A stretch of DNA of 62,736 nucleotides, filler included, from Basidiobolus ranarum (taxonomy: Eukaryota), in assembly GCA_040143965.1 (NCBI GenBank). It is 18 parts of 18 records of this genome, joined end to end, with 100 filler letters (N's around TTAATTAATTAA, not from the genome) between each part and the next. Parts side by side here need not be neighbours in the genome. Positions count along the whole stretch, not along the records: positions 38,444 to 41,833 come from JASJQH010002521.1; positions 41,934 to 45,321 come from JASJQH010002522.1; positions 45,422 to 48,807 come from JASJQH010002523.1; positions 48,908 to 52,292 come from JASJQH010002524.1; 14 more parts are not named here. One strand, written 5' to 3'. The notes under the pieces are model-generated. The model worked only from the letters and a program-made list of their open reading frames with translations, was not told where the DNA came from and searched no databases. Made by a program: the position numbers and the translations under genes. Shown piece after piece: positions 38,853 through 49,509 of this stretch; position 1 is the first letter of the stretch, and every line of letters starts with the position of its first letter.

Positions 38853-40213
38853 TGTATCAGGTGATACACACTAGCACAATATGACTGAAAGTATTCTACT
38901 TGCTATATTTCTTTACCAAATTTGTAATATTAAACTTGATCAAAAATCATTCATGTTCGTTGGCTTATAGTCTCTATCTTCCTGTATCTGAACACGCTTC
39001 TGAATGATTATCCCAGTCTTAAACTTGTGATGTAGATCAGGCAACATGTTAGAATTGGATTCTCTACCCTTATTACTTTTCACATGCTTTCGAGACAGCA
39101 TAACCCAAGAAAACTAAATCCAGTGACGAATGTTTGCTTAATTTACAACATTAAGAAAATTATTACAATATTCAATTGAACAAAAAAATCTCCAAAATAC
39201 TTCAGTGTGGTTGAAACAAAGGCAAGAGACAGAGGAGTACAGGTCAGCGAATAAAATTCTCCGAACTATTACAATTTAGTTAAGATCAAGACAAGAAATA
39301 ACTTAGGGTTAGGGTCAGGGAAGGATTGGGTACAGGCCATGTGTATGATTAAATATTCAAAAAAAACCGGCAATAGGACTGCCAACTAATAGTTAGTTCA
39401 ATAGCTGAAAGGGGCTGTACTTTTGCTTATTGAAGACGGAGGCTTTGTACAGTCTGAGTAAGAGCAGTAAAAACTGACAATAGGCTGATGAATTTCGTAA
39501 TTATATTTGTATAATACTTGAGATTTATGTTGCAATAGAATTGCTTGAAGACTCTTGTTCTATCACCTACTTACATAATTTAGTGACCATATCTCGACCA
39601 AAATACATATGATTTGTGATGCTCAATCGCTTTATTCCCAGAGCCTTAGGTTGTACAGGCTAGGTTAGATGGCTCCTGATTCTAGTGAATATCTTGCTAG
39701 TACCGTGGGATATTTCAGAAAATAACTTTCGGTCATTTGGTTGCTTATTGACCCTAGTGAGTATTTCTTAGAAGGATTCTCAGTTGATGGATTCCAAGAA
39801 TATTAAGTGACACTAGATCGATATCGTTGATTTTATGACGTTAGAACTGGTTGATCCCTGCAGTGCCATCGATATTGGCCATACTAATATTAAATCAGCT
39901 CAAATATCTAGAGTATTTGTTTAAATGTAAAAAATTGAAGAGTCCATATGTAGAGTTATAGTAAGTGATAGAATATTTATTGATTCAATTATTTGCCAAA
40001 TAGAGTACAAAATTACAACAGTATTGTTGAAACAAGGGTAGGATAACTGACTCCGGGTCAGTGATGAATGCCACGATAAATTAGTAGGAAATATGTAGGA
40101 TATATCAACTGAACTAACCATTTGATGAATTGCAAAAGTCGCACTCACAAACAAATTCACACTATTGAAATGAAAATGTGTTAAAGTCATCAATTTTGCA
40201 AATATTCTACACT

Positions 40214-40594
40214 TCACCTACGTAAATGTTTCATATTTCTCTTTAGCTCAGACCTGGTATAATCACGTAGAGCAATGCCTCGCTTCTTAGTGTGGCCACA
40301 AAACCATCTACCACAAAGGTCGTGTAGATCCCGCTTGTCGTTAGTAGTGGATGACTGTTCATGTGCTTCGGTCTTGATGAGAGCTGTTGACTCAGTATTG
40401 GTGGCTGCTGCATCAGTTAGACTCGTTAGAGATATTTCCTCACCACGTTTAGTATGACCACAGAACCATCTACCGCACAAATCATGCAAGTCTCTCTTGT
40501 TTCCAGCCAATTCATTGAAGGTCTGACCCGTAGGTAGACCCTGAACCAGTAGAGTAAGAATAACAGAAGTAGCAATCAGACTGGAGAGTTTCAT
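40214..40594 (-). CDS. Secreted Kex2-processed repeat peptide precursor 2 (complete, 126 aa, two cores)
   Basis: Signal peptide MKLSSLIATSVILTLLVQG, two identical KR-flanked cores (40451-40492 and 40289-40330), basic tail. TATAAAA upstream. Confidence 0.93.
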   Translation of the reverse strand: MKLSSLIATSVILTLLVQGLPTGQTFNELAGNKRDLHDLCGRWFCGHTKRGEEISLTSLTDAAATNTESTALIKTEAHEQSSTTNDKRDLHDLCGRWFCGHTKKRGIALRDYTRSELKRNMKHLRR

Positions 40595-41426
40595 AGTTGT
40601 AATGGAGTGATTCTTGATTCAATGTTATTAAAGTAAAGAAGTGAGCTGTAGATATTTATATCCCTTTTGAAGACATCTTAGAATGAGATAGTGTGACCGT
40701 TAACGTTTAATGGGCTCATTTGCAGAGTATACTATACTTCGAACACATATCAGTTTGATTAGTGCATTTAAACCAGAATAGACCCGGTTATATTAACATA
40801 CTTTCAGCCTGTGTACAGCCGATCATTAATTCAGAGTATTCATGATTGATTATGTATGGAGATATCTTGCTAGGCTCACACGAAGAATTACGCTTCTCTT
40901 CCTTATATGTGCGCAAAACCATCTACCGTACAGAACATAGTGATAGTTCATCTAATATTTTACAAGCATTGACTTATTGTAGATACTTTTATGCTGTCGG
41001 TGGCATATATCGAAGTGGAAAATGGCTATGCATGGGGAAAAACCAATCCGGAAATTCTAGGGAGATTAACATGTTTTATCCTCATATTGTATAAAATGTC
41101 AATTTGAGTTATTCTAGGAATTCAACAACTGAGAACCTAGATGACACTGTCTCATTGTATTTCTACTAAGAAATTCTCGGTAAATTCAATAAGTAGCCAA
41201 ATTACCAAAACATACTTTAGAGATGAAGTTATCGAAATATTCACAGTTGATAATGATGGATAGTCTTCACTCTGGATTTATTTGTTATATATATATATGT
41301 ATACAGCCAATTCCATAATCTACGTTTTGCGAATTACCTGCGATGGAACAGGTCTTATGGCTGTACTCGATTTTTCACGAAACCTTAACCTGCCCCATCC
41401 ATTTACGGATTGTACTACCCAATTTG

Positions 41427-41447
41427 TATTCTGGGAATCAGCCAACT
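41427..41447 (+). promoter_or_regulatory. Conserved upstream motif of precursor 3 (TATTCTGGGAATCAGCCAACT)
   Basis: Counterpart of 38832-38852. The flanking promoter sequence does not align obviously. Confidence 0.55.
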
Positions 41448-41554
41448 GAGAAGTACTTCGAGATATTGACTAAACTATAAAAGTAACTAGGTATCAGAGT
41501 ACTATTCTTCACACTGATCTGTTACAATATCAATTACAATCCGCTTTCTGAGTC

Positions 41555-41833
41555 ATGAAATTCTACACCATAGCTATTGCTTCTACTGTTGTATCACTGG
41601 CTGCTCAAAGTCTACCTATGGGCCAAAACACCCAAGTAATAGCAGGAGACAAGAGAGATTTACACGACCTGTGCGGCAGATGGTTCTGTGGCCATACTAA
41701 ACGTGAGGATGCATCTTTAGTAAGCTCTGTCCTATCATCAATCGCTGACTACTCAGAACAAGATAAGTCTATGAAAGTTGAAGAGAAAATAGTACAAAAA
41801 CAATCCTCTACCACCAGCGACAAGCGTGATTTG
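41555..41833 (+). CDS. Secreted Kex2-processed repeat peptide precursor 3, 3'-truncated
   Basis: Signal peptide, KR-core-KR at 41657-41698, spacer nearly identical to precursor 1, second KR-DL at the contig end. TATAAAAG at about 41476. Confidence 0.9.
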
Positions 41834-41933
41834 NNNNNNNNNNNNNNNNNNNNNNNNNNNNNNNNNNNNNNNNNNNNTTAATTAATTAANNNNNNNNNNN
41901 NNNNNNNNNNNNNNNNNNNNNNNNNNNNNNNNN

Positions 41934-42705
41934 TGTTTTTTGATTACTTTATTCTTAAGAGAATATGGTGACTTATATAGTAGAGAAGTAAATCAATTGT
42001 TTGAGATATTCAGGAGTTTGTGTAATAGGATATAATAGATAAGTGGGGGTAATAAGACATACATGTTATATAGATATAGAGATATTCCTATTTAGAATAT
42101 AGGGGCTAATGACATGTTGCTCTCTGTCTCTGATATATGTATCATAACTAAAGTTAACTAAGATGTTGAATAGAGATTGATTATCCAACAGTTGCTTCAC
42201 AAGTAGCCATGTATTCTGCTTCTGTTCTTGAAAGTGCTATATATAAAGAACACTGTCCCACAGATGAAATGATTTCTGATTTATTCACCAAGCTTTGGCT
42301 AGAGAGAAGTTTGAGTATTTCAGATTACAATCAGATTTAGTCAATAGGAACATCTAGTCAGGTGGGAGTATTGCAATTATCACCTAGCTATTCACATTAA
42401 CTTGGTCATTTACCTCCCACTACTTTAATACTTCATGTCTAGACCAAATTTCTCAATTAGGATTTACTTAGAATATCATTTATCAAGATGGCAAGTACCC
42501 AAATATGAAAAATTCTTAAAGTTATCTTAAAGACCCCAAGCTTTGCACATGTGTTCCTGGGACCTTAGCACTTTTTACTAACTGTTATTGCCACAATCTT
42601 GTGAAAGTATAAGTACTACTTTTATTTTCTATAAATTACCAAGTGATGACAATCTGGTCTTCTAGTTCTCCAAATCACTTCTAATATCTCCCAAAGTCTT
42701 ACAAC
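41934..42705 (+). mobile_element. LTR B end, Copia RNase H tail, PPT and diverged LTR
   Basis: TATCCAACA end at 42190, an EHCPTDEMISDLFTK RNase H motif, and a GGTGGGAG PPT-like tract before an LTR-like segment. Confidence 0.7.
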
Positions 42706-42739
42706 CATGACATGGTCTCAATTTTGTAATGACTTTTGA

Positions 42740-43240
42740 TGAGATCACTGACCGAGTTGGATGTCAGAAGCACATCACTCGAGTAGGATGTAACATGGAT
42801 ATTGGAAACACTTAGGCTGCGATGAATTCACCAATAGTCTTGGGAGTAGTCTCCAAACTAGGAGGAGTCTTACATGAATGAGCTCCAGGCTGGTAGGAGC
42901 CTTGAGATCATTGCATGAAGCAGCGCTAACCCCGCGGAAATCACGCTTATGATGAGTGAAATAGAGACGGCAACCTGAAGTTGAATTTGGTTACAGTGAA
43001 TACAGGTGAGATAAGAATCGGAACAGATATTTACCAGTCGAAGTAACAACAACAAGGTTGATCAGCTTCGATTCCGAAGGGTAAACAGGGTGTAGGGATA
43101 CTATCTGGAAACTTCTAGAATCCAGCAATGGAGAGGTAGAGCACAATTGAAGGGCATACTGGGAGATGTTGGTCACCTTTGCCACACACTCGAATTGAGC
43201 TCCATCTTGACCAAGAAATATGATCTAACGCGAGGTTCAG
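42740..43240 (-). pseudogene. Nucleoporin Nup170/Nup155 beta-propeller fragment, frameshifted
   Basis: Translates FQIVSLHPVYPSESKLINLVVVTSTG|CRLYFTH...APTSLELIHVRL across an intron at 42975-43034. Frameshift and stop follow VRL. Confidence 0.7.
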
Positions 43241-44099
43241 TGTGAGTTGCTAGATATGCAAGCCAAGCTTGGTGATTAGGTTAGATACCTCGATGTTGGA
43301 GCGCTCGGTCAGCACATGCAGGGTGCTTGTTGTTTTATCCATGGTCATGTACACAATTGGATCTAATTGGGGTGGGTTAGTCGACATTAACAGAGCATAC
43401 CTCCCCCTAATTATTACCTGGAGAAGATTATTATACAGAACATGGTTTCAGTATGCCCGATTTAGTATCGCGTGGATTCGAGTTAAATCTGCTCTTGGTG
43501 TGTTACCGATTTGGAACAGTCATTCACGTGGTTAACAGCAATCTACTTGATTAATAGCCGTTCTAACTGTGGTTATATTAATCCAATTATTGTCACGGCT
43601 GACGAGTTCTCGGAATATTGCCCAAGTTGCTCCAATTAAATCCTACCAAGCCTTAGTTACTCAAATCCACGCCATTGAGTGTAGCAGTCACCGCTGATCT
43701 CACCAAACCGGAGAATAGCTCTACACCAAACAGAATTTGAAGCATATTGGATAGGGATTGGAGAATGCGACTGCCCCCACTGGCATAAAATCCCCTTTGC
43801 TGAGGATTAAAAGTTGCTTTGGTTTAGTAAATCTGTGTGTGTATAGTCAACTGGTCTTTGGATGTGCGTATACTGTCAAATTAACACGATCAGAAGTCCA
43901 TTATAGATGATTTCGGTATATTTATGATGCAAAAAGTTGCTGCGACTAAACGCAAGCGATTAGACAACTACACTATCTGACAAAGTTGTATCCATTAATC
44001 AATGGACTTCATGGTCGCAGTAAGATGACTGACGACTCTGTAGGTGCACCCATTTCATCAGTAATCATAACTCCTTTGGGAGGAGCCTGCATTCCAGAT

Positions 44100-44657
44100 A
44101 CGTAGTGGCGAGTTTCCGTTTTAGCTATTGCAACAAGTGCTCCTTCGAGACATTTGTTTGTGCTTGCTGGACGAGGCCGGTAAGAAATTCCATGCTCGAT
44201 ATCTCGATTAAAGCGCTCAGTGCCAGAAACGAGGTTGCCGAAATAAAACCAAACTCATATTTGCATGCACCTGGTTTGATTGAGCTGCTTACTGTCTGAT
44301 TCTAGAAGATATGCATGTGGCCAGCCTCGTTATCGCGGATTGCCTGGATGTGCGAATAGGTAATGTTGGGCCAATCGGTAAAATTGGCTGGGGTGAATGC
44401 TTCAATCCCTTGTTGATAGAGCGAAAATATTGCCCATTCCGCGCTTAAGAGATTTTGAAAAAGAAGGTCATACCATTGCTTGTTGGAAGGATAGGCTCGG
44501 TCGAATTTACGAGGAAAGGTGCAGTGACGCCGTCGTAGGTGCTGTAAGTAGAGCTTTTACCGGAAATGGGCCCGTAGTTCGGGTCGATGAGGTTGTTGGC
44601 TGGAAAGACGTTTGAAGTCGTTCGAACCAATAGTGAGGCAATGGCAATTGGGAGCAT
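44100..44657 (-). pseudogene. Secreted ferritin-like (Rds1-like) protein pseudogene
   Basis: Translates YGPISGKSSTYSTY...LFQNLLSAEWAIFSLYQQGIEAF...IRDNEAGH...KPGACKYEF...IEISSMEFLTGLVQQA...ETRH. In-frame TAG at 44302-44304, two frameshifts, and truncation after ETRH. Confidence 0.8.
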
Positions 44658-45421
44658 TGTGAATATAGTTGAGCTGGGTGTTCTTCAAGAGAATTTATAC
44701 CAAACACTTGGTGGTGTGCATTTTATGACAACATGTTCAAACTCACCACGCATCTTGGCAATGCCGAGCCTTAACTCAGCCCACCTTGGACTTGAGGCAC
44801 ATGGATTTTTTTGGAAATTTTTCGAACCTTGGCCCCAAATATCTCAGTTGGTGGATGATCAGCAATCCTCAACATCAAGCGGTATTTCACTGTCAAGTAG
44901 GCGTTTCTCGCTTTAAACCATTCTCAGCAACTCCAGCCTATTTATGAATGGGTTAGGGTTAGGACTCATAATCTTGCTAATAACTCAATGAGATCATCTT
45001 TAAAGTATACTAATAGGCAGCTATACAACTGTTATAATTGTTTAGTTGGCACTCACATTGACTTGGCGTTTAGATAACATTCTATGAGTACTTTATTTCC
45101 TGATCAGAATCCACTCCTGGGATTAACTTGAAATAGTTTTACCAAATTGCAAGTAAAGTTTTGGGCTAGGTTTTGCAGCTTAATGATAATCACAAATAGG
45201 TAGAACATGGGCTATCCACCAGCACATGTTGGATCTGAAATCATTGATCGGAAGACATTTTGTTGGCTTAATAGAAACACAGTCTAAGACATACATAACT
45301 AAGAACAAATGAAGCATTTAGNNNNNNNNNNNNNNNNNNNNNNNNNNNNNNNNNNNNNNNNNNNNTTAATTAATTAANNNNNNNNNNNNNNNNNNNNNNN
45401 NNNNNNNNNNNNNNNNNNNNN

Positions 45422-48400
45422 AAAAGAGCCCTTTGATGGCAGGTTAATATACTCTGGAGTCTCCTTAACCCATGGCATTACATCCATCACTGATTTAGCT
45501 GATACATTGTTAATCAGAGTAGCATACACTAATACTGACAATTTCACATGGAGTATCATTTCACCACAGGTGCATTCCATTGGGAACTCCCAGAATGTAT
45601 AGCAAGGGCCTATAATCTCTATGCATTGTGAAAGATGCAGCAGGGAATGTATTGAATACCGGCATAGATTCAGTCTATCTTCTTTGAACCTGTAATAAAG
45701 TTTTTCATATGCAATTACAAAATCATCTCACAGTTGCTGTATCTGCCTGAGATTTGCCAATGTGAGTTGAAGCTTACAAATATATTAACAATATCCACAA
45801 ACAACTCCCAATGTTGCCAATACTTATCAGGCAGAAATCTTTTCAAAATTCTACTTGAATATATTCATATCCAATACTACCAGTCTTTGTTTTATTTTGT
45901 TAGGGGCATCAATGTGTGAATCAATTGTGAAAATGCTTGGAAATGTTAAGTTACATTCATATTTTACCAGGAATCTAATCAATATCCTCTGATCTAGGTT
46001 TTTTTTAAATGTAAAGACTGGAAGTATTGTATATGTTTATACTCAAGAAAAATCTTGTAAAGCTTTTTGGGAGATACCCTACAATATTGTGCTACTCTGT
46101 ACTAAGTTCCTCCCAGATAGCTGCATGGTTAATACCAGACTGAATGTCTAGTTCAATGTTCTTCTTCCAAAGCCACTTTCTGCACACTTGTACCATAGCT
46201 TCCCTTCATACTTTTGAAAATACTTCTCAAGCACATTTGCTATTTTTTATTTCCTTGTAGTGTGACACTACTCAGGGTTCTCTGTGATGTTTGTGTGGTT
46301 TTTTGCTTGCCTTTGAGTTTGGGCTAATTTCAACACTTTGAAAGGTATTAGTTGAGGTTGGAGAGCTGTGAGTATTATTTGTAAGTGTTTTGCCAAGTTG
46401 AGAGATGGCAGGTGTTGTATAAACTTCTAAATTTAGCACACTTCCAACTGGTATACTTGGTTCCAGGTTAAAATTAAGCATTTTTGCAGTGTATCTGCTG
46501 ACATCTATGACTCTGGAAATACTGATCTTTGTAATGGTGTGAAGAATTTAGTAAATGGGACAGTAGAGCCCAAACTCACTGCCATCTCTATTTTTCCCTT
46601 GGGTTTACCAACTTCCTACTCCTTAAGTACTTTTTTAACTGCTTTTCTTTTCTTTCCACGTCAAAAATTGCTTACATTTTTCAGATGTTTTGTGAATAGG
46701 TCTGTACTTGCTCAACAGCCATTTGCTAGCAAAAACCATCAATAAGTCACTTGGAATGAGTCAAGAACCTTCAGAGTAACACTTGGTTATTGGTTTTTGC
46801 ATAATTGGCTCAAATTGAGGCAATTTTGGCCAAAGTTCCACACAGTCTCCCAAATGTTCAACCATTCATTGTCAGAGCTAGTGACAGAGGCTCTGAAATT
46901 TGGATTCTGTTGGTTTGCTGGTTCTCCTATGAGATAGCTACTTTCATGTGCCAAAGAAATATTGTGGTGTTGTATAAGCTTAATGGTCTGGCACATATAT
47001 GCTCTGCTACACAGCCAGGGTGACATTCATATGTAAGGTGTGGGATTGAATGAAATCCAGTATGATAATGCATGGAGGGTGCAGCATGTTGCTGTAGCTC
47101 AAGTACAGCATTCTAAAGGTCTGCTATCATTGTTGAGTGGCTCTTTAACTGTTGACTAGTTGCTTTAGGGCACTGCATTAATTGCAATATAGTAGCAGTA
47201 TTGCTTATCATGGTGTGTATGGCAACTTTTTAGGTTTTACTTATGATTGCATACCAATCATAATGGTGTTCTGGCTGAGATTCCCTTATTATAATGATTC
47301 TATCCAAATTGTCTATGAACCCTAACTAAAATAAAATTGATTTGATCTGGATTGGATCCACCCTGCAAAATAGGAAAACCATATGAGAACCTCGCAATAT
47401 TGTTGGCTTGCATTCTGCCAGTGACTTTGATGGTGTGAGGGCAGTTTCTTGATGGTATTTTGATGGTATTCATAGATGTTAAAATATTGATCCTCAAATT
47501 TGGCATGCATTATTCAATATCCAGCATTTTTTTCAAAAATATAATTATTGAATGGCAAATTACTGGGATTACTGCTGAAGGAATTTTAATTATATGCATG
47601 CCTTTATTAAGATATTCTAGGCTTTGTGTTCCAGCCATAATGAGAATCAAAAAATACAAAAATCTTGTTGTGTTTAGTCTCTACATATGCACATTCTTGA
47701 CCAATTAGACATACCGCAACAACATCAATATGTTTTACCAGCAAACTAACGGTGGAAAAATGACTAAACATCTGAAATTTTGTATAGCATTGACACTTGG
47801 CAAAAAGTTGACTCTTGTTACCATTCACAATGAGAATAAGTGCCTGGATTTTGGCAAATTTCAGTAAAGAATTCAGCCAATATATCCCCAACTTGCAGTC
47901 AACAAGTGTCCTGCCACAAGTAGATGTGTCATTGCTTGAATAGATTACCCCATGCCTAAAACAATATTACTCCATATCCCCATCTATCTCACCAAGAAGT
48001 CTGTCTTGCAGCTTTCCTAAAAATACTGTCAGATTATCACACAAGCAAATTAGTCCAATTATAGAGGTACTTACTCTGTGTCCATGGATTGGGCTTTGTT
48101 GCTGTTATTGTGCTCAAACAATGTGAAAACCCATAAGCACATTGAAAAGAGCCCTTTGTTGGCAGATTAATATACTCTGGAGTGTCCTTAACCCATCACA
48201 TTACATGCATCACTGATTTTGCCAATACATTGTTATTCAGATTAGCAAATGGTAATACTGATTATTTCAAACAGAGCATCATTTTACTGCAGGTGCACTC
48301 CATTGGGAACTCCCAGAATGTATGGCAAGGGCCTATAATCTCTAAGCATTGTGAAAGATGCAGCAGGGAATGTATTGAATACCAGCATAGATTTAGTCTA

Positions 48401-48807
48401 TCTTGTTTAAACCTGTAATAGAGTTTTTCATATCTAATTAAAAAATCTTTGCATAGTTGCTGTATCTGCCTGAGATCTGCCAATGTGAGTTGATGCCATA
48501 AGAATATATTAACATTATTGACAAACAACTCCCAATGTTGTCAATACTTGTCAGGCAGAAATCTTTTGAAAATTCCACTTGATTATATACAAATCTAATG
48601 GACTTGTTCCATTGTGCCAAGATCTATCAGACCTTGGATCAATATATAAGAGTAAATGTGATTGAAATTGATCATGCCAGAGGGTGATGGATAGTGCCAA
48701 ATTGTGCCACATAAATTTCAGAATACTTTATCCAATATGATATATATAGCACAATCTGGCACTATCACAGAGAACAAGTCCAATACTTCCAGTCTTTGCA
48801 TTTGAAT
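45422..48807 (-). mobile_element. CACTA/EnSpm (Tnp2-like) transposase relics, at least two fragmented copies
   Basis: Repeated YEKLYYRFK..RL.LC.YSIHSLLHL..C.EIIGPC..FWEFPMEC motif, resembling fungal CACTA transposases (H.LLH...GP....W.FPMER). Many stops. Confidence 0.7.
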
Positions 48808-48907
48808 NNNNNNNNNNNNNNNNNNNNNNNNNNNNNNNNNNNNNNNNNNNNTTAATTAATTAANNNNNNNNNNNNNNNNNNNNNNNNNNNNNNNNNNNNN
48901 NNNNNNN

Positions 48908-49263
48908 TTGGAGGAACTTTAGAAAAGTGGAGTTGTGAATAGCTTTGTGAGATAATTGTTTATTGTCCAGAAATAAAGCATTTATACTTTTTGGTAGAAA
49001 TACAGAAAACTAACACTGAGGTTGTGTTCAGAACATCTGTGGGAGTAAAATGAGATTTCTTTGGGGCAATTTGGACGAGTTTGAAATTTCCAATATGGAA
49101 TTGCTAATTCTCACATTATTCATATATATATATAATATATGTTCCAATTTTCAGCTAAGTGATATTTGACTAAGTAATGTTAATTAACTTATATGTGATA
49201 TATGAGATAGTTAGGTGTATAAAGATAGAGATAACAAATATGATAAAGACAATAAACTTTGAC
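48908..49263 (-). mobile_element. LTR family D copy
   Basis: Near-identical to 19227-19583. Confidence 0.85.
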
Positions 49264-49509
49264 AAAATCAAGCCTTTTTGCCAGTGTATCTGTTGATACA
49301 TCTGACTCCAGAAATACATGTCTTGGTAATGGTGTGAAGAATTTGGTAAGTGAGACAATAAAGCCAAAAATCACTGGCTTCCTTGCTTTTCCCTTGGGTT
49401 CACTAACTCCCTGCTACTTGAGTACATCTTTAGCTGCATTTCTTTCTTTTTCAAGTCAATAATTGCATATATTTTGAAGATATTTCATCAAGAGGCCAAT
49501 ACTAGTCCA

